A stretch of DNA of 64,000 nt from positions 44,771 to 108,770 of IMG/VR virus record IMGVR_UViG_3300027763_000038; one strand, 5' to 3'. Shown here one piece after another: positions 50,901 to 59,196 of this stretch. A program made the position numbers and the translations under genes. This DNA comes from a virus. Numbering within the stretch: position 1 is the stretch's first letter; the number at the start of each line of letters is the position of its first letter. The notes below the pieces were generated by a model. It searched no databases. It was not told the origin of the DNA and saw only the letters and a program-made list of their open reading frames with translations.

Positions 50901-53900
50901 CTATTACCATCATAACTAAGAATAGTTAGTTGGTCATTTGTGTTCAAATAGCTTCTTGGTAATGATAAGCTATCTATGTAGATAGAGTCTCCATTATAAA
51001 AATATGAATTAGTTTTTCTGAGTCCATTATATCCATTATTTATACATGTTTTATTATTGAGAAAAATTTTGGGTTTAATATTAACTACCAAACTAGTTTC
51101 TGTACTATATAGATTTGGTGTGTTATTCTCTAAAATAATAGATTTGTCTGGAACAATATCAGTAGTTTGGATATTTTTTAAGTCAAAAAAGGAATATGTT
51201 GGATATCTCCCAGTTGTATAAATAATTTGGTTACTAGAATTAAGAGATGGTACAATATGAGTAACTGACCCAGATGCTGCTTTGATTTCTAACACGTCTT
51301 GATAATCAACAGGAATATTAATACTAACTGGTATTTTCATTCCAGAAACATAGGGCTTTGTGTTCTCTATTGAAAATGGGTATGGAGGAATACTATTTAA
51401 AATAGATCCACCATGATTAGTAATTACGCTTGCTGGCAATAATGAAGTAGTATTAAAAATAGTAGAGTTATTTAGTTTCATAGTTGCTTGACTAGGGATC
51501 ATAGTCAATGTTTCGCTAGCAGTTCTATCAGCATCTGTAACTACGATTGAAACTGGACTAGTCTGTGTTCCTGTAAATGGCAAATTAAGAGTAATAGAAT
51601 CTGAGGTTAAACTTTGTACAGTAGACTCTGGATTCCATCCAGGAGTAGTAGAATACAGCCTCATACCAATAGCAATAGAACCAATTGGAGATGGAGAACA
51701 ACCACTAATAATGTATCCACTAGTCTCTGTAAAGCCACTAATAGAAATTGAAGGACCAAAGTTAATGGTTTTAGGATAGGAACCTACTCCGCTAACAGTA
51801 TAAAAATAACAATATCCAGACAGACTTAAAAATCCATCATTACAACCACTAACAATATAATTTTTAGTATAGTCTGTGCCAGTATTTGGAGTAGAAGATG
51901 CAGAAAAATCATAAGATAGTTGTGGAGCTTCAAAAGTTATTTTATCTAATGCTACAGATCTTAATGTTGGATTAATAATATGACCAACTATAGTAGATCC
52001 ATTACTATTAATTAAAGAATTACTAGAATATAAATTAACTCCAGAAAAAATTTGTGTTTCCCATAAAGATTCTCCACAATATTTTGCAATATTTGATCCA
52101 GGAACAATTTTAACTCCAAAACTAAAAGGTTCGTCTATTCGTATTATAGAAATTGGAAATATATGACTAGAGTTATATGATAAAGATGAATTAGTTCCTA
52201 TAACACTATTTTTCTTTAAATAAGATGTTATATCTGATTTATTAATATTGAATATGCGATTATAATTATGAAATATTGTACCACTAAAATTAAATGAATT
52301 AAGAATAGTGTATTTACCTTGAATAGGTTTTTCAAAATATTTTGGTTGATTAATCTCTGTCAATAGATAGTTTTGAGAATCTTTTACAGAAATCTGATTT
52401 CCACTAATAGATAAAATATCAAATAGATTATTTTTTGGTATTCTATTTGCATTATTGAATGGGGCATCTACAAATTTAATAGGTACCTGATTTAGAATTT
52501 TGGGGTCTAATATTTGAAAACCATGATTTCTATCAATATTTAATAATACTGTACCATTAGAATTAAGTCCCTTATCCGGATACCAGTAAGAATTTTGTAT
52601 CTCAAATCCAGTATTTGTCAATTCACTAATCTTTTTATAGTTATCATCTAGAGGAATAGATCCTGTATTAGAACTAATAAAATTTAGATAAGCGCTAGAT
52701 TCATTTGGTTCTAAATAAAGATTTTCTGGTAAATTGATAGAAATTTGACTTGTGCCTGTATTAGAATAAAAATAAACAACTCCAGTTAAATAATATCCAG
52801 CAGATAATGTATATTGATTTGTTTGTGTTGAAAAACCATGAATATAAGATCTAGTAGTATCAGCAGGGCAATAACCAGATTTTTCTGTAACCGAAGAATA
52901 TTGTAGACCTGAAGGATAATAATTTCCGCTATTGGGTATTGTTCCGCTATATGTAACTATAGTGTCATGAATTCCACTCTTAGTAAAAGGAACATCTAAA
53001 ATAAAGCTTCTACCAATAGTAGAAATAGATATTGGGATCGGACTAGTCTGTGTTCCTGTGAATGGTAAATTTATAGTGATAGAATTTGCAGTCAAGCTTT
53101 CTACGCGAGAATTTGGATTCCATCCAGAAAGACTACAATATAATTTCATTCCAGAAAAAATAGAACCAATTGGAGATGGTGAACATCCGCTAATAACATA
53201 TCCGCTATACTCAGTAAAACCATTAATATTAATAGGTTCTACAACACCAGAAATATTAGCAGATGTTAGTCCGGTATGAGAGGTATAGATAGTTAAACCA
53301 GTGACCAGTGTGTATGGTGTTCCGTAAACTGAAACACTTTGTGAGGAAGTAGTATTAGAATAGGTTTTATAAAATGGATTACACTCACTTATAACATTAC
53401 TTCCACTAACTAAAACACCACTAAAACTATTGGAAGCTGTAGAAAATTCTAAATAAGGAGAATATCCTCCCGGAGTAGAAAGTTTCCCAATAATAGTTCC
53501 AATTGATGAATTTTCTTGAATAGTTGAATTAGATAGTATTATCGAATCACTGATATTAGTTCTAGTAATTGTTGGAGCTGCTGTTGTGGTAGTTGTAGTA
53601 GTTACAGTGTCAGTTAAATCTAGAACATTAATAATAAATGATTTCTCTAAAATTCTACCAGACATATCTGTGCTTCTTACCCTGATTTTATAAGAAGATT
53701 TACTTTCATAATCAAAAGACTGCATATTTATTAGATAGTCATTTTGTATACTAAAATTCCCATTATCATCACTACCTTCTCCGCATACCAGAGAATAAGA
53801 GAATGGAGTAGAGGGTAATTCTATAGCTTCTAAATTTTTATCGAATAATGAAATTTTACTAGATCCATTAGCTGATGTATATTGAGTATATATTCCCTCA

Positions 53901-56900
53901 TATCTATTAAAAACAGTTGGAAATCTATTGTATGTTGCGGTATAGTTTCTTCTGGGAACTAGTGTGAGCGTACCAGAATTTGTGCTAGCAGGGGTAATCG
54001 TGGCTTGCTGTCCACTAAAATTAGCAGTTAATCCACTAACAACAACGCCCACAGTTGGACGGCCACAATAAGTAGTATCAATACTTCCACTAATGCTATC
54101 TACTGAGTCAAATCCATATGTTCCTAATCCAAATTGAACGGTGGGGCTACTGTCAAATGTATATCGACTATGATTAGTGGTTTGACAGAATCCTAGGCTA
54201 TAAATAGAAAAACCATCAAAAACCCCTGTGAAATTTGGAGTGAATGTAATTATATTGTTATCTACACTAGTAACTTTACCTGTCTGAGCCAAACTAGAAG
54301 GGTAATTATTCTGATCTGGTCCAAAGGTAATCAACATTCCTGAATAGATAGAACCTACTGGATTAGTAGTTGTATAAGATAATGTATTTCCACCAGTATA
54401 AATATTTCCAGATATTCTAATAGAACCAACCCGATCTGTTTCTTCAACATCTCTAGGATCTAAAACAAAAAATTTGTCAGTAAGAAAATAACCTCTCCAC
54501 GAATGCTCTGCTACTGTAAAATTATGTTTATCTATTATGCTCAAAACTGTATATGGTTTAGTTAACGGTTTACGGATACTACCAACCAACATATTTAAAT
54601 TAACCGCACAGCCAGTTACTAGAGCATGGTTGTATGACCTTACAAATAAATTTGGATTTCCATCATTTTGAGAAAACCAACCATTAGATAAAGGCTTTTT
54701 TAAATTTAGAACAACATTGCCGGAATTTGTTTTTATATAGTTGCCTTCCAAATTTAGGTATTCTGGAGTATACTTATACAAGGATTCGGTATTCTGAGCT
54801 AAGACTGGTAATGATTGTAGTGGGGGTCCACCAACTTTTACATTTTGTATCTGTACATCATTGTCTAATTTATAATGAAAGTAGTGTGTTCGTTGCTGAG
54901 AATCATTATAGATTTCTTGTTTTGTGGTGTCTTTTAGAACAGAAGTTACGTTAAGAATTGAAGTAATATTATTTGGGTCTCTATAAGTACTATTTTTAAT
55001 AATTCCACTAGAAAAAGAAAATAAAGCAGCTCCTGTTCCGGCGGCTTTATTTAATAGAACCTCAAGACTATAAGCTACTGTTTTATTCTTAGGTATGGAT
55101 ATAGAAGGACTCATAGTATAATATGAGCCATTAGTCTCTGTACCATTAAGATACAAAGCAATAGTCGAAAATTGCCCTTGTGCAGACGCATTGTTAGTTG
55201 AGTCTGTTTCTGAGAATGCTCCAAAACTAAACTGGTTATTTGCCCATGTGTATCCATAATTACCAGCAGCTATCGACGTTGGTTTTAGTGTTTTTGATCC
55301 AACATTGAAAGCAATACTATTATTCCCAGAAACAATATTATTACTACCTACCGCCAACCCATTATCAGCATAAATTTTATTATTCAATCCTACAGCAAGA
55401 GACCTATTAGCATCATTTAATCCTGTATTTGTAGAACCAATAGCAACATTAGCATCAGATGTAACCTGAATAACATTACCAGTCTGACGGATATATGAAT
55501 TACTAATAGTACGACTAGGATCACTAGTTCTTTCATCAAATCTAGGGATATATCCTAAGTCTCCCTCTAAACTATTAAATTCTACTTTGTGATAGTCAAA
55601 TAGTCCTGTCATATTAAATGCATCTGTATAATATGTTCCAGGTTTGCCATGTAATAGGTCTGCATTTAAATTTACTACCATATTGGTATTACTACCAACA
55701 TTTAATGGAGGGTCACTTTGTCCAAAGCTAGGAATTATTGATACTTGACCATTTACAGTTATTCCATCAGCAAAACGCTTCACCCCACTAACTACTTGAG
55801 GATCAAGTCTACTAATATAGATATTATCAGCTACTCCTCTAAACAAAACAATATTAGGATCACCAAGTAAATTACTCATTAAATAGACAGAATTTTGATC
55901 TCCACCATTTATGTCTTCTCTAAATGCTGAACCTGCACCACCACCATCCAAACTAGATGGGTCTGCTGTAATATTAGTAACTAACCTTAATTCTTTTTCT
56001 GCCGGATAATAAGCTAAAATACCAGTTCTTTGAGCAGCACCACCATAAATAAAACTAAATCCTCGTGGCTCGCTTGGTAAAATAGAGGCAGAATTTGTTC
56101 CGAAGACCGGTATATTATCTTTTACTGTTAAATTATTTCCATCAAGATTAACATCTCCATTTATAGTAACAGGACCATAAATAGTGTCTCCAGAAATCGA
56201 CACTGGACGATATCCTAGTGCCTGAACAATGTCGTTGTACGTATTATCTTGTCCATTAATAACTATACCACGATCATTAACTTGAACCTTAGTATATGTT
56301 CCAGCAGTAGCTTGGATTGGTAGATTACTATTGCCAATAGTTCCAGTATGAGTACTTAAATCCAAAAAAACAGAAGAACTAAAACCATCTAATAGATCAG
56401 CATCAAGACCAGATCCAGAACCATCGTTACCTCGATGCCAAGGAGTATATCCTAATATAGCTAATATATCAGCAGAGCTAAGGTTTCCACCAGAAACTAC
56501 TCTTCCCTTTGAATCTGTAGTAACTTTACTATAAGTTCCAGGAACACCAGTAGAAGATAACGAAACTATATCACTAGTAACTAGAATATCCTCTGATCCA
56601 TTGATATTGAGAACTACCGACCCATTTGGTAAGGTCAGATCTCCTCCTCCAGTAAGACCAGATCCTGCTACTATATCGATCTTTGTTCCGCTAAGAAGTA
56701 TGGTTCCTGTATTGAGTGGAAATGATGAGATCTTAATACCATCGTAATATAATAGTCTATTACCAGCAAAGGTTGAATTATTAGTTCCACCCTTACTGAT
56801 TGGTACCATACCTTCGATAACACCCAAATCTAAATCCGAAAGACGAGCAATAGTACCATCTACTGCAATTTGATTAGACTCATTAATAAATAAGCCTTCT

Positions 56901-57331
56901 CCAGTATTTATTCCAAGAGTAATAGTTTTGTCTGAACTATTTCTATATAATCCAGAACCATTAATAACTCCAGTAACAGAAGCATTTGATCCAGCAGCAT
57001 CTAAAATATTTTGAATACTATAATTAGAACTAGATAACTTATTTCCATCATAGTAAATAATATTACCACTAGAGAAAGTGGTATTATTGGTGCCTCCACT
57101 AGAAATAGGCAATTTATCAAATATTAAACCATCTTTTCCAGGTTCTCCTTTTGGTCCAGCCGGTCCTGTGTCGCCCGGAGGACCTCTCTCAATAGCAAGA
57201 AGATTTATTTTATTTAGTCTGTTGTCTGATATAACTATATTAGTAGTAATAACAGTTTCTGGATCTACTTCTTGTGTTACAACCAGATATTTAAGTGGCT
57301 GGATTTCTTCTTCTACTCTGACTATGCTCAT
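44966..57331 (-). CDS. Giant mosaic fibre/adhesin (4121 aa)
   Basis: Short collagen; two PISxGGTNN repeats; GTYSKVTTDSKGRV and GTYTKVQVNDRGIV fibre repeats; GSGLDADLLDG; YadA-like G.NN repeats; cadherin-like segment; internal ~65-aa duplication; PIG/Ig-like GSLPLGL segment. Confidence 0.8.
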   Translation of the reverse strand: MSIVRVEEEIQPLKYLVVTQEVDPETVITTNIVISDNRLNKINLLAIERGPPGDTGPAGPKGEPGKDGLIFDKLPISSGGTNNTTFSSGNIIYYDGNKLSSSNYSIQNILDAAGSNASVTGVINGSGLYRNSSDKTITLGINTGEGLFINESNQIAVDGTIARLSDLDLGVIEGMVPISKGGTNNSTFAGNRLLYYDGIKISSFPLNTGTILLSGTKIDIVAGSGLTGGGDLTLPNGSVVLNINGSEDILVTSDIVSLSSTGVPGTYSKVTTDSKGRVVSGGNLSSADILAILGYTPWHRGNDGSGSGLDADLLDGFSSSVFLDLSTHTGTIGNSNLPIQATAGTYTKVQVNDRGIVINGQDNTYNDIVQALGYRPVSISGDTIYGPVTINGDVNLDGNNLTVKDNIPVFGTNSASILPSEPRGFSFIYGGAAQRTGILAYYPAEKELRLVTNITADPSSLDGGGAGSAFREDINGGDQNSVYLMSNLLGDPNIVLFRGVADNIYISRLDPQVVSGVKRFADGITVNGQVSIIPSFGQSDPPLNVGSNTNMVVNLNADLLHGKPGTYYTDAFNMTGLFDYHKVEFNSLEGDLGYIPRFDERTSDPSRTISNSYIRQTGNVIQVTSDANVAIGSTNTGLNDANRSLAVGLNNKIYADNGLAVGSNNIVSGNNSIAFNVGSKTLKPTSIAAGNYGYTWANNQFSFGAFSETDSTNNASAQGQFSTIALYLNGTETNGSYYTMSPSISIPKNKTVAYSLEVLLNKAAGTGAALFSFSSGIIKNSTYRDPNNITSILNVTSVLKDTTKQEIYNDSQQRTHYFHYKLDNDVQIQNVKVGGPPLQSLPVLAQNTESLYKYTPEYLNLEGNYIKTNSGNVVLNLKKPLSNGWFSQNDGNPNLFVRSYNHALVTGCAVNLNMLVGSIRKPLTKPYTVLSIIDKHNFTVAEHSWRGYFLTDKFFVLDPRDVEETDRVGSIRISGNIYTGGNTLSYTTTNPVGSIYSGMLITFGPDQNNYPSSLAQTGKVTSVDNNIITFTPNFTGVFDGFSIYSLGFCQTTNHSRYTFDSSPTVQFGLGTYGFDSVDSISGSIDTTYCGRPTVGVVVSGLTANFSGQQATITPASTNSGTLTLVPRRNYTATYNRFPTVFNRYEGIYTQYTSANGSSKISLFDKNLEAIELPSTPFSYSLVCGEGSDDNGNFSIQNDYLINMQSFDYESKSSYKIRVRSTDMSGRILEKSFIINVLDLTDTVTTTTTTTAAPTITRTNISDSIILSNSTIQENSSIGTIIGKLSTPGGYSPYLEFSTASNSFSGVLVSGSNVISECNPFYKTYSNTTSSQSVSVYGTPYTLVTGLTIYTSHTGLTSANISGVVEPININGFTEYSGYVISGCSPSPIGSIFSGMKLYCSLSGWNPNSRVESLTANSITINLPFTGTQTSPIPISISTIGRSFILDVPFTKSGIHDTIVTYSGTIPNSGNYYPSGLQYSSVTEKSGYCPADTTRSYIHGFSTQTNQYTLSAGYYLTGVVYFYSNTGTSQISINLPENLYLEPNESSAYLNFISSNTGSIPLDDNYKKISELTNTGFEIQNSYWYPDKGLNSNGTVLLNIDRNHGFQILDPKILNQVPIKFVDAPFNNANRIPKNNLFDILSISGNQISVKDSQNYLLTEINQPKYFEKPIQGKYTILNSFNFSGTIFHNYNRIFNINKSDITSYLKKNSVIGTNSSLSYNSSHIFPISIIRIDEPFSFGVKIVPGSNIAKYCGESLWETQIFSGVNLYSSNSLINSNGSTIVGHIINPTLRSVALDKITFEAPQLSYDFSASSTPNTGTDYTKNYIVSGCNDGFLSLSGYCYFYTVSGVGSYPKTINFGPSISISGFTETSGYIISGCSPSPIGSIAIGMRLYSTTPGWNPESTVQSLTSDSITLNLPFTGTQTSPVSIVVTDADRTASETLTMIPSQATMKLNNSTIFNTTSLLPASVITNHGGSILNSIPPYPFSIENTKPYVSGMKIPVSINIPVDYQDVLEIKAASGSVTHIVPSLNSSNQIIYTTGRYPTYSFFDLKNIQTTDIVPDKSIILENNTPNLYSTETSLVVNIKPKIFLNNKTCINNGYNGLRKTNSYFYNGDSIYIDSLSLPRSYLNTNDQLTILSYDGNSSFGSGVSRNIRITQSNARDTAFSGIGINGNNNVLLNRFATEWYNQYRFTNPLGLTLDQQIQPTGYISFIGSVSGNCNIPFNNNIYYHSHGGFTASWPRDPSGTNVPAPQTGIYTIGVSSQNCSSGTLCVRISVYNDDQFRNIPDIVNRQDVGKQSNTATTSNGSGYVRPWGVNKKFYFDFSDDAPEINGSYYIADRLDSDTFTLNMPFDSDYLGRSGLVYIIDSDYNIKSNRNPNLNNVFETSQGNISLGSNNLVDYYINSYNDQSHRWKHLIHFNKDINNFGGYSGTIHYGQAGTQLISLPPDLLKISQIEYLFNDEVTYRIVSDNSITIPSSKNQIYLKLTVLNGAGKWSNDLNRSAPRVNIYGVGSYDIDFANIIYSSSTKQWTIPVLISDIVQYVNNKTITITVNDESGTDSTNISLTTKVLPKMEYAGTTYVYKNSAINWILPFDIKNLPTDSQSYSLTINDYPASAPTMINEELTNASGTKVFIGSAGSNTGIFNPVLTIRDFITSEILTSQSGTVVVLDNTQSKPAYSINPQGLDNDIYIDITNPSDVVSFSFFVPAFYDSLSEPVVTFTTNTQALSISSIVEYSTASQRYRVNASISGSVGYYPSINTNIAISQPVIAPDDSVSWVRYTKNQTFNLTLYKKIVVNKSELIEPLVYDPQELWALQFKVQNGVGSHRNDLPPRVRLSNLPTLGNYLSQPLEYVLFTKYDEINHSWSVFVDGKKDVFGKATEELGYKDILVYAEDGFSSNTNTIRLFFTKEQYLDNIRSIIYATPNNSYQSNLDIKQALPPPEQPPGVTIAASPLTENTIQLTRPYTKYDKDLSTWEYAYSGSPMTAKWDVSLDVTNQNTSLGDNSYSQLLVKCKGIATDKIYGVGKLNLVELDSSYLSSIGGDTVPFQIVDVTEPFYPAREGFPWEVSFATIGGLENPNYPPTILLSGFPSSCSGYNPKIPIENQAACFIGRSWNANKKKWLFSFSGLPLCNISGNKQILITAIDTDTTQNLYLSSDKKQAIIKYTTLIDQGIGHPGPSIRTMPGSSDTIELSPLCGQAPINNYWQFYTNTRAQCPEPTGMSGWTVSGSLPLGLNYTISFPGGTPSSPWNNMSTGTLRIYGEPLTFASGTSYPDIFTFKVFDARNKSATKEIKFTDISTANPASPINLTVYFDGTKPAYTERGNDINSVQQPSGTNPIDANGQQNYWPPAISDALTCTSILPHSECQTSSFRYSGGNFAAGNYNVYIDNITNTKLTNTVGSLVYVEFNNDTLNTNGFNGTYIVKQSGNPSVKYIAVTGHTFGVGSGRFVQSAIKSINTSNLNNFKGTVDSTSTKSILGCGIIKLKSINDPTNYGLFGRMRPSFSASIPVSGSFRNDDIFLTGLNVSTISEYSTFPSVYTMKTSNCWETGYLRISGISVPRPSIELFAPPPAQGGDNVPFSYNNQAYALLSKCAYGISQYEKDLTENYRLVSINYLIKHCISGTPLNSGSTSTSAAGTAGGSPIQFNYVFNSGTVLSLFIDKPSDKFPTYKYNAIPYAENEYFWIHKGGNRDDNPTQSSFPPILITGIKNSISCMSGQPISGYSVRALGGYVPFSGGSQRVPFYQLSDGTIWDLADYRPLFTGVLQKKLNEKILIGTYQHSGFFGGTTNQKINISLPANATNIFKPNDSVLVNFSGDYISFNTGIILNDSYSSTMTLPYQYNGISTVGTVTVYDKCYIQSIDQSAGVTSLLIHHNGIPYKTGDYIDITDGASISTENNIILSNYRISIVSGDSSSLRASFNGPDTFAFGPLNNTDFYDIKQNYYDQIKLNNITFSQKGEWKFGLSGTPTGLYKDYKYKIFSLENSGLPAFSGTSLTPKKYMVEYPVYINKPLKIILPQSVIDSGVTNINGSWNFSFEIEGGLRPVYNNTPEILVNNSMCIFSRSLNTSKMNDNYNSTTDRLTITLSSTNSVNYNWRGLQVLNIRAYDDTGSDTVTVNLTQQP

Positions 57332-57768
57332 GTGTCACATGTCCCACAATCGTTCTGTGTGTCAATATTACATTCAAATGCATCTGTACCAGGAACATTT
57401 CTAGAAATTAAAGACACTCCTCCTTGTAATATTCTAAATACTTTTTTCCCACCACCACTATATAAATCGTTGGGTTCTTGTAATTCAAAGTCGTATCTGG
57501 CGGTACCGAAGTTGTATAATGCGGTTTGAGCTGCTGGTATTTTTAATAGAACTTTTCCGATTAATGGGTCTATAGTGAACTCATATTCACTACTACGAGT
57601 ATTAGTTATAAAAGTCCTTGTTATGGGGGTTTCTTGATCCTCTATCCATCTTATTCTAGCACACCAATTAGTAATATTAACGGGTACATTCATATCATCT
57701 CTATATTCAAAAGCAATAACGAATGCCGTACCTTTTTCTATAGAGAAATTGTAGTCTGCTGCTGGCAT
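57328..57768 (-). CDS. BppU-N-like fibre attachment/adaptor protein (146 aa)
   Basis: YNFSIEKGTAF...PVNITNWCARIRW...GKVLLKIPAAQT...ARYDFEL...RILQGGVSL pattern, common upstream of phage fibre genes. Confidence 0.6.
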   Translation of the reverse strand: MPAADYNFSIEKGTAFVIAFEYRDDMNVPVNITNWCARIRWIEDQETPITRTFITNTRSSEYEFTIDPLIGKVLLKIPAAQTALYNFGTARYDFELQEPNDLYSGGGKKVFRILQGGVSLISRNVPGTDAFECNIDTQNDCGTCDT

Positions 57769-57783
57769 AGTAATCTACTCCCA

Positions 57784-58299
57784 TCATGAATAAAAATATC
57801 TTGAACGATAAGTATTGCCCTGCAAGTATCTCGGGTTGAACTTGTTGCCAACAAATGGACTAAGCACCGCAGTAACAGCACTAGCATCTCGTACATTCCA
57901 ATTAAGAACTAAGTCCTGATATAAAGCACATGGTCCGGTCTCTAATAAGAGCTTTAATCCTTCTAAACTGCCTTGTACACTCAAGCTAGCTGGTCCAAGA
58001 GAAGCTCTAATACCTTCAGTTGCTGATTTAGTTCTAACTGTACTTTGATCAATAATACAAGCGCTTTTCAAAGCAACCAAACCGATAAATACATCGTCGT
58101 GATAATCAAGAGGATCTGGAGTTAATGTACCATTAGATACATCCACAGTATATTGATTGTCTAGAGTAACCTCAAATTGGACATATTTTGATGCAACAGT
58201 TATTACCTGGATCAGTCTTTCGTCGCTATAAACTGGCTGATCTGTAAGATCATTAATCAATGTGCGAACAATAAGAGGTATTTCAATAGACCAGCTCAT
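57784..58299 (-). CDS. Putative head-tail adaptor/connector (171 aa)
   Basis: IVRTLINDLTDQPVYSDERLIQVI N-terminus resembles SPP1 gp15-like adaptors; AAGGA RBS. Confidence 0.55.
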   Translation of the reverse strand: MSWSIEIPLIVRTLINDLTDQPVYSDERLIQVITVASKYVQFEVTLDNQYTVDVSNGTLTPDPLDYHDDVFIGLVALKSACIIDQSTVRTKSATEGIRASLGPASLSVQGSLEGLKLLLETGPCALYQDLVLNWNVRDASAVTAVLSPFVGNKFNPRYLQGNTYRSRYFYS

Positions 58300-58315
58300 A
58301 ATTTGATCCTTTTAT

Positions 58316-58471
58316 GTGTATTAGGGCTATTCTTTAATACACCTTATGGTAAAGACTGTGGTTTTTAAAATTAATTGGCTAATAGCTAATCCTGTAAGAT
58401 TTCCTACTTATAATATACACCAGAGAACATTAGTCAATCATACTGAAGATAAGGGTGTATTTGGAAGATAG
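58316..58471. promoter_or_regulatory. Divergent regulatory region with three GGTGTA-N8-9-TAG motifs and an inverted repeat
   Basis: Minus-strand copies at 58327-58343 and 58404-58421; plus-strand copy at 58454-58471 before the GT start; GTGTATTA/TAATACAC inverted repeat at 58316-58342. Confidence 0.6.
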
Positions 58472-58485
58472 GACATAGGATTAAA

Positions 58486-59196
58486 ATGATATCATACTGC
58501 TCTCAAATTAAAAATAGATTTTATCAGTTTCAACAAACTTTCTCTCATAATATAAATCATATCAAAAATAATCCAGACACTGAATGGATCATTGTGGATT
58601 GTGATTCAAAAGATGGGCTATATCAGTATATGTCAAAATTTGGAATTTCTGAAAGAGTTCATTATCATAAAACATTAAACTATAAGAACTATTCAATTCC
58701 AGTAGCTAAGAATTTAGCAGCGCGGTTGAGTTCTGGGGATTATGTGTTCAATTTGGATATTGATAACTATATTGGAAATGCCACAAGTCAAATAAAAAGC
58801 CTTGGAACAAAAATTGGCGTGTATTGTAATATTTTCAAGCGTGGAGTTTATGGTAGGATAGGATGTTCTAGGAGAGTTTTTAATATGGTGGGTGGTTATG
58901 ATGAATCTTTTTTACCAGCTGGCAAACACGATATTGATTTTATGGCTAGATGCAAATTAGTTAATTATTACTTTAAACATATTCCCTGTATGATCAACCC
59001 AATTTTAAACTCTAAGATAGAAACCACCCTTAATACCGGTAGTGACATGAATTGGGAAACTATGAATAATCTGAATGGAGAAAAAATGGAATATAATCTA
59101 GAAAATAAAATTTACTGTCCAAATAAAAAATTCACAAGCTGTACTTTTGAATATAATTTTACTAAACAAATTACCTTATCTGAGGAGATAATATAA
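58486..59196 (+). CDS. GT-A fold glycosyltransferase (GT2 with GT7-C-like segment), 236 aa
   Basis: EWIIVDCDSKDG; AKNLAARLSSGDYVFNLDID (DxD); VGGYDESFLPAGKHDIDFMAR; AGGA RBS. Confidence 0.85.
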   Translation: MISYCSQIKNRFYQFQQTFSHNINHIKNNPDTEWIIVDCDSKDGLYQYMSKFGISERVHYHKTLNYKNYSIPVAKNLAARLSSGDYVFNLDIDNYIGNATSQIKSLGTKIGVYCNIFKRGVYGRIGCSRRVFNMVGGYDESFLPAGKHDIDFMARCKLVNYYFKHIPCMINPILNSKIETTLNTGSDMNWETMNNLNGEKMEYNLENKIYCPNKKFTSCTFEYNFTKQITLSEEII

